Part shown: in pieces, positions 24,093 through 37,270 of the stretch
Layout of the letters: each line of letters opens with the position of its first letter
How positions within the stretch are numbered: the first letter of the stretch is position 1
NCBI GenBank assembly: GCA_030390025.1
Contig: CM059432.1
Location: 118,422,001-118,486,000 of the forward strand
DNA: 64,000 nt
From: Squalus acanthias
Lineage: Eukaryota
Direction of reading: 5' to 3'
Notes under the pieces: generated by a model
Seen by the model: the letters and a program-made list of their open reading frames with translations, nothing else
Database searches by the model: none
What the model was told of the DNA's origin: nothing
Translations under genes and position numbers: made by a program

Positions 24093-25823
24093 TGTAAGGG
24101 TTTTTGTCTCTCAGCCTGCGAGATTCGTGTGGCTCTGTGCAGCCCGGGTGCTAGTGCGGGTTTAGGCCTTGTTGCCTGTTCTGGTCTCCAGCCAGTCTGG
24201 GAGCACTAAACACACCTATGAGTGGTTCGACCCACTCGCCCTTACGGTTCTAGACACTGGACTTAGATGCGAGAGCAATAATGGAGATGAAACTCAGGTA
24301 GACTCGGTTGAATGGTACGAAATGGAAAATCTTTATTGCATAATACTTAAGATTACGAAATACATGTCATAAGCACAGATTAATGACAGTACAATCTTAC
24401 ACGCAGTTATGTAACTAATTTCGGGGAAACGAGGAACGAACGACACATCGTAAATGGGGGCACACATTACAATTATCCTTAATACTTGAAACCCTCCCCT
24501 ATCAATATCTGTCCTAAGTTAGATTCGTAGTCATGCTCACCACTCGTGATAACTCGGAGAATTCCGAAAACTCTGATCGGATGTTTTTCACCGCAGCGCC
24601 CACGTGTCGATCAGGGGGTCTCCTGGCCCCACTTGTTTTCTCGTTTCTGCTCCGGCTAGCAGGCTGGAACGTCTGCTGTCATGAAGATCTGTGTTGTCCT
24701 CGGAGTTCCGACTCTACTCAAAAAAGAGTCTTCCTGTGCCCTCACACCGGTTCGATAAAACTCGAAGAAGAGTCTTCCTGTGTCAGTTCTGTAGAACTCA
24801 AAGAAGTCTTCCTGGCAAGGAAAATGTCTATTCGACCTACAGGCACGGTCGGGGCTTACTGACCGTGGCGATAAGTATGGTCTTCTTCTCTTCTCATCTC
24901 ATCTCATCTCATCTCATCTCATCTCGGGCCTTCGGTTCCAACACCGTTTACCGACTTATCGGAATGGTGCGCCCGCTTCAAGGCTTCAGAGCCCAGTTCT
25001 ACACAGGTCTTCGCGACACGACACGAGGTAGATTCGAGCGGATCGTAAAGTTCAACAGTCTTTTGAAAAGAGACACGAGGCAAGCAGGAACAAGACGGCG
25101 AGTCAAGAGCATAGGAGCAGCCACGAGGATAAGCACCAGCAAGATAAGAGTCAACCGAATAAGAGCCAAGAATAAGAGTCAAGAGTAAGAGCAAGATGGA
25201 CGGTTTGGAGCTTGCAATTATAGTGCAAAATCTTCCGTTTCCCGCCCAACCTTAATGTCTTTTCTTTTGTTAGGGTTTGGCACTCAAATGTCTTGTATAG
25301 GGTGATCTTCGTTTTAATGGGTTTCGGGGCTACTCGAAAACGTCTGAGTACCTGTTAATATTTCTCCCATTGTTTAATCGGTCGGTGTTCTCCCCGGAGG
25401 GGTTTTGGGGCTTCCAAGTGTTTTCTGTAACTACCCACTAACGGCTCTCTCATCGTAGAGTCGTTGGGATTTTACATATTAATGTCTTTGGATGGGTTCT
25501 TGATTACTTGGTACAATAGCTTTTATTCGTACCTGGGAGACCGATTTCAGTATTTATGTGTATACTGTAAACCCATGATGTCTCGTGTATTATCTTAAAT
25601 GTGCTGAGTCTTAATCGATCTTGCACAAATGTTTACTGGAACGCCATCTTGTCTGCCTGTTGAAAAGTCTAGAATGTTCTGCCACGAGGTGCGGCGGCCA
25701 TTTTACAAGCTGCTTGTGTCCACTTTAAAACCTGACAGCATTCTGCTGAAATAAAAGCTGTTTGAACGAAACTATGTGTTTTTCTCCTTATTAATAAAAT
25801 TGCGATATATTGCGAATTCTACA
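24093..25823 (-). mobile_element. Solo LTR (1731 bp), same family as 8463-10109
   Basis: TGTAAG...CTACA termini, TSD AATT. Shares blocks with 8463-10109, e.g. CAATAAAGATTT(T)CCATTTCGTAC and AAAATGGCC..CGTGGCAGAA. Contains (TCTCA)n at ~24890-24925. Confidence 0.85.
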
Positions 25824-26519
25824 AATTTGAGAACCACATCATTAGGGAGAAGGGCCAAAGTTGGAAAGGTCCTACCATACTTTCTGGGTATTTAGGCCCT
25901 AGAAGCTTTGGTCAATTCCGTAAGAAATAAGATAATTGTATGTATATTAAAAGATGTGAATGATGTTCAAAATCTGGGGAGTTGGTCTCAAAATGAATTT
26001 GGCCTGCTGTTGCTTTCCAAGTCAGGCTGAGAAATCGCTGAATTTTGAGTTCAATCGCAACCTGTATTCTTTCGCTAGCACCCGAAAGAAAAAGGACAGA
26101 AAGCTGCGAACTAAAAAAGATAAGCTCCTTCTGACGCGCCTCTGTAAAGTGCAAGTTTTTTTTTAAAACATCACTGGCCCCAGTGTTTGCTTCCCTCAGC
26201 TTTCTTAGTGTCTCCCTGCCCACTCCCAGAGCTTCCCTACATGATGGCTCAGTGAAGGTAAAAATAAATGAAAAAGCAAAGAAAAAAAGAAAAGGTGCAA
26301 GAAGAAAGAGGAACAGGAGAGAAGGTCAAATTAAAATGCAACAGTGAAGAGAATGGTGTGGGAGGAGCAAAAGAGAATGAAAGAGAAAGAAAGTCAGAGG
26401 AGAAAAAGAATACAGGACAGAGGAAAGGTTAGGAGCTCAGTGGAAACCCAAGGAAAACACAAAGGACTTCTAGTTGTGGCTGCCTGCTAGCTTTGCCATA
26501 ATTCACCGAGATGGTTATT

Positions 26520-27232
26520 GGCCCAAAAATTAGTGCCGCTACGCGAGAGTATGCACTGCGTACTCTCGCGTATTCTGTCTCCAATTGCCGGTTTTCTGCA
26601 TGCACTGCGCATGTGCTGAAAACCGGCACTTGGTGAATGGAAAAGGGGGCGGGTCCTAGGTGAACCGCGTGCGCGCTACAGGCTGCGCGCACGCTGTGCA
26701 CTTAGTGGTTTCAACGCGCAGGTAAGTACGGAAGATTCTACACATAAAAAAAGGAGGAGTAAGACCCACTTTTAACAAGGTAAGTAGTGAATTAAGTATT
26801 ATTTTGAATTTTTTTTAACAGGTATATCTTTTTTAGAGACTTTAAAGACAGGTAAGTTTATTTTTATAACTTTTTAAAAGATTTTAAATTTTTTCAAAAA
26901 TTTAATTTTTTATTTAAAATGGTTAATTTATTTAACTATACTTATTTTATTAATGTGATGGTTTTTAAAAAAAAATTAATTGAGGTTTAGCGGTTCTTTT
27001 GGGGGGCTATAGTATTCATAACTTTCACAGCACTTATGTGAAAGTTATGAATGGAAGATGGTGTGCTGCCATTGGCTCTAACTGAGTCACGTGATCCCAC
27101 AGCTCGCACGAATTAACTACACCGGTGGGATACGCAAGCCCAGCACAGCAGCTGTCCAGAACATCAAGTTCGTGTGAGCTGGAACTGAAAAAGCCAACGC
27201 GCAGTTAAAAATTCCTCACGAATTTTTGGGCC
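26520..27232. mobile_element. Harbinger-type MITE, family A copy 2
   Basis: TIRs GGCCCAAAAATT / AATTTTTGGGCC, TSD ATT. Confidence 0.9.
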
Positions 27233-27394
27233 ATTGTCTATTTTTGGTGAATTTTTAAGCCTAATTGTGCATAAATTTTTATATTTTGTGGTGGTATATG
27301 GCAGGGCACAAAGAGAAAGGGACTTAACCAGCCATCCTTAAAATTAGCAACGCTGCCTACATGATCAATGACTGGGAGTTCGGACACCCTGTTA

Positions 27395-27660
27395 ATAGTG
27401 CAATCCCTCATCTTTGCTGAGCTAGCTGATCTCAGCTAGGAGTGGTATAATGTCGCTGGGTTAGGGAGGGAACATATACAAAAAAAGCAGTGAGTGTGCG
27501 GTTGCGAGGAGAGAATGTAATCATGCTCAGTTGGTCTTGCCAGAATTCAATGTCAAGGCTCACATGTGAATATAAGCTGCTCGATCAAAGTACCAGGCAG
27601 CACCCATGGAAAAGTACCTGAATTAAAAATCAGCTCCTTCTGGAAAGGAAGGGAGAAAAT
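27395..27660 (+). mobile_element. LF-SINE-like relic
   Basis: GCTGAGCTAGCTGATCTCAGCTAGG..GGGTTAGGGAGGG resembles the LF-SINE core as recalled; not aligned. Confidence 0.5.
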
Positions 27661-28155
27661 TGCGGAGAAGGTAAAGAGCCTGCCAAGAGGGAGGTAGAGG
27701 ACCTCTATGGACAGATATTACCTACTTCGCAGAGGAAACAGCTTACCTGCTGCACTGGGAAAATTCTTTTACGAAAGAGTTAATGAATTGGAAAACAGGT
27801 CCAGGATATTTAATTTGGAATTTTAGATCTGTCTTTGAATTTAGATCAAATTTTATATCTGCCCTTAGCACCTGGAAGCTGATAAGTACAACTCTATAGT
27901 GCCTTCTATCTCTAAGCAGTTATCAGGGACTTTGATCAGAGGGCATCGGAACTAATCTAGACAGTGGACAACATACTCTAGTTCCCAGAACAGCTTCAGT
28001 GGGTCACCCAGGGGCTATCAGGTTGAGGAGAAGATATTTTATCAAAGTCTAATATCTACTGGCAGGGTTACTGACTTTTTATTTTAAATGATGACCAGAG
28101 TTTATTTTTTGTCAAAATTAAACACTCCCCCAATAATTAAATTGGTAAAGACAAT

Positions 28156-29943
28156 GGCCGTGTTTTCCCCTACCTCGGTGGGTCCATGGCGGGCGATGTC
28201 GGGGGTGGGTCCCGGCCTCGCTGCCGGCTCCAGCCGGCTGCCGGCTCCAGCCCGCTGTCCAAAATGATTTTCCCCTGATTGGGCTTGCTAAGCCCGCCCA
28301 GCGAGTTTGCCGGCCAATCGAAGGAAGCGGGTCTGATGATGACATTTGATGAAGAATCATCAGCCGGATTCCTTAAAGGGACCAATGCATAAATTTACTT
28401 TGACAGTTGTGCTGTCAGTGTTCTACAGCATTGAGGTGCTGCAAACACTGACAAATACTGCACAGAGGTGCACGGCTGCAATCAGGCTCTCCAATGACTC
28501 CCTCCATATGCTCATGGAGGGAGTCACAGCACGCAGGGAAGTTCTCTTCCCTTTCCATGGGCAGAAGAGATCTACCCAGGAGACAAACGCAGCCTGGTTG
28601 CACATTGCAGAGGAGTGCAGAAGCAGGGATCCCATCAGAAGGACTAGGCTGCAGTGGCATAAACCTTTCAATGATCTCAGTAGATCACGAAACGTTACTG
28701 CAAAGCCACACTCAACCTCATCCTGCTGTGGCACTCTTCACATCTCCATCACTCTGCCTTCCCTACCCTACTCCTGAACATCCTTACTCACACCAACGTA
28801 CCTTGCACCTCCACCCATCCCTCTCTCTCTATCTACATTATCATATCCCCATCTCACTAGCCACCCCTCACACTCACCCTCATCCTAGTCCAATTATACC
28901 AACTAACAACACACAAGGGTAGGCACTTAGAGGTTTTATCCAATGTTCATGTAAAGTTTCTGTTAATGTGGTGGCAAACATTGAAACCTTTATTTTCAAC
29001 ACTTTACGTTCTTGGACAGAGCTGTGTGCACCTCTGGAAGTGGCTTAGTGAGTTGCAGTGAATGGTGAGACATAACGGTACCCCCTGCAATGGTGTTGAG
29101 TGTGAAAGGAATGGCTTGGGCATTGTAGGGATGCTTTATGGTGTTGGTGTGGTGTGGTGCCAACCTGGCGCATCAGGTGGCAGCCAGGGTGTACAATGTC
29201 AAGTGAAGTAAATCTGGCATGGTGAGGCCATCCCTGGCAATCCCGGTCAGCAATGTGGTCGGGTGCTGATGCCCTGTGTCCTGTGCAGCATCAGGTGATT
29301 GTGGAGAAGGTTGGTGTTGTTGTTGGTGCTGCTGGTGTGCCTGATGCTGCTGGTGTTGGGGCTGATCGTGGTGGGATTCTGAGGACCAAGGTGAGATAGT
29401 TTCAAGGGCACCGATGCTGATGTAATAGATGGCAGGTGAACTTGAGATGATAGAAGCGATCGGTCAATGGTGAGAGAGGTTGTTCCAATGAGGTGACACT
29501 GGATACAGACTTTACTCCAAACATTTGCAGCCTGCATAAAGGTCAATCTGTCTTCCAAATGCAGTAAGCAACAGCTTCTGAGCTTGGAAAGTGAACAGCT
29601 GTGAGATGGGAGCTTTTATAGCACATTTGCAGCTGTTAAGTAATGAGATGATTCCATGATCATACAACTCCCGACCTGTTTACCGTGACGTGATCCCCAA
29701 GCAGCGTGGACCCCGTCGGCGACCTCGTAAAATGGTAAGGTGAGCTCAAAATACTTTTTAATGGGCTGTTAACAAGGTCATAATGACCTGCGTGTCAGGT
29801 CTGTTCAGCCCTGACAGATCCGACATCTGGGAAAGTCGCGTGGCGGCGGGTTGACAGCGGGGTCCCGACCCGCTGTCAAAAATTTTTTTCCCACCCGACC
29901 TGCCACCGAACATGGCCTGCTGAGCTCCCGAAATATTCCTCCC
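28156..29943. mobile_element. Non-autonomous Harbinger, family B copy 3
   Basis: GGCCGTGTTTT / AAATATTCCTCCC ends, TSD AAT. Colinear with copies 1 and 2. Confidence 0.85.
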
Positions 29944-29949
29944 AATGTG

Positions 29950-30110
29950 AAACTGAACCATGTTGACCAGCAGATCCCAAATTTGATTCCTGATCCTTGT
30001 TGAGTTAGCTCATCTCAGCTAGGATGGAGTATGGGTGCTACAGGTCGCCTCAGAACTCCTAGGCAAGGAAATGGCAATGGTCACTAAATGAACCAGATTC
30101 CTGCAGGAAT
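29950..30110 (+). mobile_element. LF-SINE-like relic
   Basis: GTTGAGTTAGCTCATCTCAGCTAGG..GGGTGCTACA, similar to 27410-27470. Confidence 0.5.
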
Positions 30111-30596
30111 CAATGTAATTGGGACAAACACCAAGGAGAGAAAACTGGCACAAAAAAAGGATGGGCCTTATTTTATTGTGGAACAGGATCGTTTACGTGC
30201 GAGGGGACAGTGCGAGGAAAAAGCCCGGAGTGATTTTGATAGCTCATTTTAATATTCAAGCCCCGACTCATATATACCCGGCAGAAACCACTGCCTGGCT
30301 GGTGGGTGGGAGCAGGATCAGGAGGTCACCACTAGGGAACAGTCCCCAGCTGTCAGCTAAGTGGTGAGAGTGTGCTATATAAATGCAATTTGTTGTTGTC
30401 TTCTGCTGCTGACTCACCTTATAATGCACGGGATTTGCCTATATTATTGCTGGCTGTATCTTGGATTAGCCTGTTCCATAAATGTTTTCATAACCTCGAT
30501 TGCTAGGTTCACTTAGCTACTTTTGCAACCATCGGCAGCGTTATTATTAGGAAGGTGATGGGTATTTATTCAATCTTATATAAGCAGCAAGTCATT

Positions 30597-30825
30597 GGCC
30601 CGGCATTTGCTGGAAAGCTTCGGCAGAGTTGTGCCATTTTTTTCCCAAGGAAATTTGCACGTAGCTGACTTACACACGAATTTCCTCAATCGTTTACACT
30701 GCTCCCAAGTTACGTCCACCGCAACCCAACTTGTCTCATTAACGTAGCCCCCCACATGCAAAGGGTCAGAGGACCAGAGTTTCCTGCATTTACACCAGTT
30801 CTGAAAGGGTGTAAATTTATGCCCC
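30597..30825. repeat. Short MITE-like repeat, related copy at ~52280-52490
   Basis: Shared block GAGTTT(T)CCTGCATTTA(C/T)(A/G)CCAGTTCTGAA(A/T)GGGTGTAAATT. Confidence 0.55.
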
Positions 30826-31519
30826 AAATTTGAGGCGCAGCAGGAACTCAAGTCCCGATATCTGGTATTGCGCAGTGATTTATTTCTAGCAATTTTTAAA
30901 TTTCTCCTTACTGAGACCAGCACTGTATTTTCTATATCTTTGAATGCTTTATTATGGTACCAGAAGCTTTTACATTAAAAAGAGAAAAGCTTCCACAATT
31001 GCATTTCTTAAACATGCTGTGCTTAACATGCATAAATGAAGGTTTGATTCAGAATAGAGGTCAATTCAGAAATTTAGCAATTTAGCTATCATCCCCAACT
31101 CTCCTAATTCTAATGCTTGCACCTCACAGTGTTTCTGTGAGTCTGATGTTTGAAGATTTTGATTTTGCTTTACAATACATAATTGAAAGCACTGGCCAAA
31201 TTAATTTAAAGAAAGAAGACTTGCATTTAAATAGCGGCTTTCACAAACTCCTAAAGCGCTTAACAACCAATGAAGTAGTTTTGAAGTGTAGTCACTGTTG
31301 TAGTGTAGGAAACACAGCAGCCAATGTGTGCACAGCAAGCTCCCACAAACAGCAATCTGATAATGACTGCATAAATCTGTTTCTTTAGTTTTGTTGGTTG
31401 AGGGATAAAATTTGGCCCAGCTCAACTTTGAATAGCAGGATGGGATCCTTTACGTCTACCTCAGGGGGCAGATGGAACCTCGCTTTAATGTCTCATCTAA
31501 AGGACGCCGCTTCTGACGC

Positions 31520-33140
31520 TCTCTTTAGTATTGAGAGGGAGGAGGTACTAGCGGTTTTAGCGGGCTTAAAAGTGGATAAATCCCCAGGCCCACACGAGAT
31601 GTATCCCAGGCTGCTGTGTGAGGCAAGGGAGGAGATTGCAGGGGCTCTGACACAAATTTTCAGAACCTCTCTGGCTACAGGGGAGGTGCCAGAGGACTGG
31701 AGGACAGCTAACGTAGTACCATTATTCAAGAAGGGTAATAGGGATAAACCAGGGAATTACAGGCCAGTGAGCCTAACATCAGTGGTAGGGTAATTATTGG
31801 AAAAAATTCTGAGGGACAGAATTAGTCTCCACTTGGAGAGGCAAGGATTAATCAAGGATAGTCAGCATGGCTTTGTTGGGGTCAGATCATGTCTAACCAA
31901 TTTGATTGAATTTTTCGAGGGGGTGACTAGGTGTGTAGATGAGGGTAGGGCAGTTGATGTAGTCTACATGGACTTCAGTAAGGCTTTTGACAAAGTCCCG
32001 CATGGGAGACTGGTCAAGAAGGTAAGAGCCCATGGGATCCATGGCAATTTGGCACATTGGATCCAAAATTGGCTTAGTGGCAGGAGGCAGAGGGTGATGG
32101 TCGAAGGTTGTTTTGGTGACTGGAAGCCTGTGTCCAGTGGTGTACCGCAAAGATCGGTGCTGGGTCCTTTGCTGTATGTGGTGTACATTAATGTCTTAGA
32201 TATGAATGTAGGAGGTATGATCAGTAAGTTCGCAGATGACACGAAAATTGGTGGAGTGGTAAATAGCGAGGAGGGAAGCCTCAGGCTACATGACGATATA
32301 GACGGGTTGGTCAGATGGGCAGAACAGTGGCAAATGGAATTTAACCCTGAAAAGTGTGAGGTGATGCATTTTGGGAGGACTAACAAGGCAAGGGAATACA
32401 CAATGAATGGTAAGACCCTAGGAAGGACAGAGGATCAGAGGGACCTTGGTGTGCATGTACATAGATCCCTGAAGGCAGCAGGACAGGTAGATAAGGTGGT
32501 TAAAAAGGCATATGGGATACTTGCCTTCATTAGCCGAGGCATAGAATATAAGAGCAGGGAGGTTATGATGGAGCTGTACAAAATGCTAGTTAGGCCACAA
32601 CTGGAATACTGTGTGCAGTTCTGGTCGCCACACTATAGGAAGGATGTGATTGCATTGGAGAGGGTGCAGAGGAGATTCACCAGGATGTTACCTGGGCTGG
32701 AGCGCTTCAGCTATGAAGAGAGACTGGACAGGCTGGGGTTGTTTTCCTCAGAGCAGAGAAGGCTGAGGGAGGACCTGATTGAGGTGTACAAAATTATGAG
32801 GGGCATAGATAGGGTAGATAGAAAGGAACTTTTCCCCTTAGTGGAGGGGTCAATAACCAGGGGGCATAGTTTCAAGATAAGGGGCAGGAGGTTTAGAGGG
32901 GATTTGAGGAAAAACTTTTTCACCCAGAGGGTGGTTGGAATCTGGAACTCACTGCCTGAAAGGGTGGTAGAGGCAGGAACCCTCACAACATTCAAGAAGC
33001 ATTTAGATGAGCACTTGAAATGTCATAGCATACAAGGCTACGGACCAAGTGCTGGAAAATCGGTTTAGAATAGACAGGGCTTGATGGCCGGCGTGGACAC
33101 GATGGGCCGAAGGGCCTCTTTCTGTGCTGTATAACTCTCT
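31520..33140 (+). mobile_element. 5'-truncated CR1 LINE (young family)
   Basis: RT ORFs 31398-31793 and 31797-33068 (YMDFSKAFDKV, FADDTK) plus CR1 3' UTR. Near-identical to 45310-46860. Confidence 0.95.
31797..33068 (+). CDS. CR1 ORF2 reverse transcriptase fragment (423 aa open; part of a truncated copy)
   Basis: QHGF..RSCLTNL..DFSKAFDKV..GVPQ.SVLGP..FADD motifs. Confidence 0.85.
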   Translation: MEKILRDRISLHLERQGLIKDSQHGFVGVRSCLTNLIEFFEGVTRCVDEGRAVDVVYMDFSKAFDKVPHGRLVKKVRAHGIHGNLAHWIQNWLSGRRQRVMVEGCFGDWKPVSSGVPQRSVLGPLLYVVYINVLDMNVGGMISKFADDTKIGGVVNSEEGSLRLHDDIDGLVRWAEQWQMEFNPEKCEVMHFGRTNKAREYTMNGKTLGRTEDQRDLGVHVHRSLKAAGQVDKVVKKAYGILAFISRGIEYKSREVMMELYKMLVRPQLEYCVQFWSPHYRKDVIALERVQRRFTRMLPGLERFSYEERLDRLGLFSSEQRRLREDLIEVYKIMRGIDRVDRKELFPLVEGSITRGHSFKIRGRRFRGDLRKNFFTQRVVGIWNSLPERVVEAGTLTTFKKHLDEHLKCHSIQGYGPSAGKSV

Positions 33141-33561
33141 GACAGTGCAGCTCTCACTAAAGTGTCAGCCTAGATTATGTGCTCAAGTCTCTGGAGTGGG
33201 ACTTGAACCCATGACATTCTGACTCAGAGGAGAGAGTGCTACCAACTGAGCCACGGCTGACACATTAATCAAAAACTAGCACACAGAAGAATTTCTACTT
33301 CCTAGTGTTCCAAATTCTATACATAGGATTTACTGGTGTAGTTTGGGAACTGTTATTTATCAGACTATTATTTGGGGCGGTTATGTTATCTCGCTCGTGA
33401 GGAAAGGATACTGTTTTCAGGAAATTGAGGGAACATTTAATCAATGGGCAAAAACTCTTTCATTGAGCTGTCAATGCATCAATTTTAAAATGTGACATAC
33501 TAATACCTTTCATTTTGGGGGAGGCACAAAGTAGGGTTCTCCACAACGTCCATTATTCTTT

Positions 33562-34027
33562 GTGTCAGCTCTGGCTCAGTGGGTAGCACACTTGCCTCTG
33601 AGTCAGAAGGTTGTGGGTTCAGGTCTCACTCCAAAGACTTGAGCACAAAAATCTAGGCTGACACTCCAGTGCAGTACTGAGGGAGTGCTGCACTGTTGGG
33701 GGTGCCATCTTTCAGATGAGACGTTAAACCGAGGCCCTATCTGCTCTTTCAGGTGGATGTAAAAGATCCCATGGCACTATTTCGAAGAAGAGCAGGGGAG
33801 TTATCCCAGGTGTTCTGGCCAATATTTATCCCTCAACTAACATAACCAAAACAGATTATCTGGTCATTATCACATTACTGTTTGTGGGAGCTTGCTGTGT
33901 GCAAATTGGCTGCCGTGTTTCCTACATTACAACAGTGACTCCACTTCATAAGAGTACATCATTGGCTGTGAAGCACTTTGAGATGTCTGCTGGTCGTGAA
34001 AGGCACTATTTGAGCAAGTCTTTCTTT
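33562..34027 (+). mobile_element. DeuSINE (SacSINE1-like), full length
   Basis: tRNA-derived head (TGGCTCAGTGG, GGTTCAGGTC) plus Deu-domain-like GATGAGACGTTAAACCGAGG..GGATGTAAAAGATCCCATGGCACTA. Confidence 0.8.
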
Positions 34028-35700
34028 GTGAATTTCCCTTTATGGGTAGGTACAAAACAGTTGAGATCAAGAACATGGTAAAGAGGGACATTAGGAATTA
34101 AACACATAACTCCAGCTCTCTTCAGCCAATATGAGGTTATCTATTTAAAAACAGTTTTAAAATGCAAGTCCAAAGCAATTATATGGGGAAAAAAGCAGAA
34201 AGAGTTGCTCATTTGTACACCTAACAGAATGCTTGTTTACTGCCTGTCGATCTACCCCACTCATTTTGTCACATAGACAGTCTTCATTAGCCTGTTATCA
34301 ACTTACTGCTGTGCCAGTAAAAGACAATGGGGTTGAATTTTTGTGAGGGTTCTCAGAAGACCATAAGAATTAGGAGCAGGAGTAGGCCATACGACCCTTT
34401 GAGCCTATTCTGCCATTCAATAAGATCATGGCTGACCTTCGACCTCAACTCAACTTTCCTGTCGAATCCCTTGATTCCCTTAGAGTCCAAAAATCTATCA
34501 ATCTCAGCCTTGAATATATTCAATGACTGAGCATCTACAACCCTCTGGGGTAGTATTTCCAAATATTCACAACCCTCTGAGTGAAGAAATTTCTTCTCAT
34601 CTCACCTCTTCCGGCATGGACACGATGGGCCGAATGACCTCCTTCTGTGCCATTATGACTCTATGACTCAGGGAGGGAGGAACTTAAAACAATCACTATC
34701 ACTAGAGAAAAAAGTACTAGGCAAACTAATGGGACTAAAGGCTGACAAGTCCCCTGGACCAGATGGCCTGCATCCTAGGGTCTTAAGAGAAGTGGCTGCA
34801 GAGATAGTGGTTGCACTGGTTGTAATCTTCCAAAGTTCCCTCGCCTCTGGAAAGGCTCCCAGCGGATTGGAAAACTGCAAATGTAACACCCATATTCAAG
34901 AAAGGAGGTAGACAGAAAGCAGGAAACTATAGACCAGTTAGCCTAACATCTGTCATTGGGAAAATCTATTATTAAGGAAGTAGTAGCAGGACATTTAGAA
35001 AATCGTAATACAATCAAGCAGAGTTAATATGGTTTTATGAAAGGGAAATCGTGTTTGACAAATTTTTTAGAGTTCTTTGAGGATGTAACGAGCAGGGTGG
35101 ATAAAGGGGAACCAGTAGATGTAGTGTATTTGGACTTCCAAAAGGCATTCGATAAGGTGCTGCATAAAAGGTTACTGCACAAGATAAGAGCTCACGGTGT
35201 TGGGAGTAATATATTAGCATGGATCGAGGATTGGCTAAATAACAGAAAACAGAGTCGGGATAAATGGGTAATTTTCAGGTTGGCAAACTGTAACTAGTGG
35301 GGTGCTACAGGGATCAGTGCTGGGGCCTCAACTTTTTACAATCTATATTAATGACTTGGAATAAGGGACCGAGTGTACTGTAGACAAATTTGCTGATGAT
35401 ACAAAGATAGGTGGGAAAGCAAGTTGTGAGGAGGACACAAAGGCCGCGATTTTGCCACAGGAGCCGTGTTGGAGTCGGGTTGGCTGGTGGGCGGGTTCCA
35501 ATCCCGCTGCCGGTTTCAAATGATTATTTTGATTTAACTGGGCTCATTAAGCCCGCCATGCGCGCTACCCGGCCCAATCAGTGGGTGGGGGTCTGCTGCT
35601 CGCCTCTGCTGACGTCATCAATTCAGTTGGTTTTAAAGGGTCCATGCTGCCTTTGCTTTTCGTTTCCTTTACGCTGCTCCTGAAACCGGCCCATTGCAAC

Positions 35701-37145
35701 ATGACTGCTCCAAGATGTAAGGATGCTCCTCGTTTTGCTGATGACTCCCTCCATGCTCTTGTGGAGGGAGTAAGAGGGCGCAGGGACGTTCTGTTCCCTC
35801 CCGATGGCCGGAGGAAGCTTCCTCAGCAGACAAAGGCAGCCTGGCTGCAAATTGCTGAGGAGGTAAGTGAAAGGTCATTGTGCTCACGCACCTGGGTGCA
35901 GTGCCAAAAATTGTTCAATGATCTGCTACGCTCAGCAAAATTGATTATCACATCACACTTACCTTCAATCTGCTTCCCATCTGTTCTCATCACCAGCGCT
36001 CTGCATTGTCAGCCTACTCCTCCACATCCCACCTTACACTTACTTCCCTTGCACCCTTACCTATCCCTCTCTCTCTATGTACAGAATCACTCCAACATTC
36101 CACTATGCACCCCTCACACTCGCTCTCACTGTTATGCAATAACTCATGCCTTTATTTCCCCACTGGACCATCGAGAGCCCCCCTTCCCACTGCCCAGGAG
36201 GAAGAGCCAGACGACACCTCAGAGGAACCTGGAGCCTCTGAGGGAGCAGCGTCACCAGACATCAGCACACCCAGCTCCAGCGCAGAGATGCACATCTCGG
36301 TGGGTCCTTCGCGACATAGAGTAGTGTTTTCACCTGGTGTATCACAGCTCACAACTGAGCATCAGCAGATGGTGGAGACAGTGACAGCAGTGGAGACTTC
36401 TTGTCAAGTTCGCAGGACGCTCCTCGCTCTGCTCAGCTGCATGTAGACGCTGTGCCTCTGGGGCCATCCAGAAAGAGAACGGTGCTGGAACTTCAGGAAC
36501 AAGTGCAGGAGTCTCTGACAGGGTTTGCATCCATGATAACTGCGAGTGTGCAGAGAATGGAGGAGTCCATCTCAAACATGAGCAATGTCGTGGTGGGGGC
36601 AATGGCACATGAACGTGCCACCATGGAACGGATGGCAATCTCCATGGAGGACGTAAATCGCCAGACTCAACAGAGCATGGTGACTCTTCTAAATAGATGG
36701 TCTGCTATGGAGGATAGATGGGCATCTATTGAGGAGAGGAACCAGAGATACATAGACGTCAAAGTTATGAGGACTGTCAGTACAGAGATGGGTCCTCATG
36801 GCCCCACTGATGTGCAGCAAGATGCTCTCCAGCCACTTGCTAGCAGTGAAGTGCGGGTGACCCAAGAGAGGGATGTTGGTGATCGACAACAAGGAAGTGT
36901 GGGCTCCTCTCAAAGCGCTCACACGATTATGCCACTGCGGAGCCCTCGGTCAGAGCCCCAGATTCCACACCCAACTGAGATGGCCGTCTCAGCCCCTGCA
37001 CAGTCGCAGGAAGAGTAGACTGTGGAGGAGCCCTCCCAGGCTCTCAAGCCCAGAGGACGCCCACCAAAGGTGTCTCAGCAGGTGCAGCATAAACGTGAGC
37101 AAGTTGCCTCTATATCTGCTGAAGCCACGGGGAAGCACCATGTAG
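35701..37145 (+). pseudogene. Myb/SANT-like gene of H3
   Basis: MTAPRCKDAPRFADDSLHALV..WLQIAEEVS..RTWVQCQKLFNDL. The donor appears mutated (TTGATT), no second exon was seen, and the last exon is frameshifted. Confidence 0.8.
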
Positions 37146-37270
37146 AAGCACGCATAACAGAAAGTCAACACACAAATAGTCACAAGGGTAGTCATTTGGG
37201 TTAAAAATAGAAAATGCTGGAAATACTCAGCAGGTCAGGCAGCATCTGTGGAGAGAGAAACAGAGTTAAT

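Larger units (their letters stand above)
31205..33265 (-). mobile_element. DeuSINE (SacSINE1-like) split by a CR1 insertion (31205-31520 + 33140-33265)
   Basis: Reverse complement of the 33562-34027 SINE. tRNA-like head at 33200-33265. Confidence 0.75.

Noticed and set aside
18750..30600. Possible minus-strand host exons (acceptor ~18852; donors ~27750 and ~30417)
   Set aside because: The segments are short, contain stops and show no recognisable homology.
31893..32995. Antisense ORFs over CR1 and other transposon coding regions
   Set aside because: These are shadow ORFs of the transposon reading frames.
33562..33640. tRNA gene
   Set aside because: It is the tRNA-derived head of a SINE; the same applies to 58270-58348.
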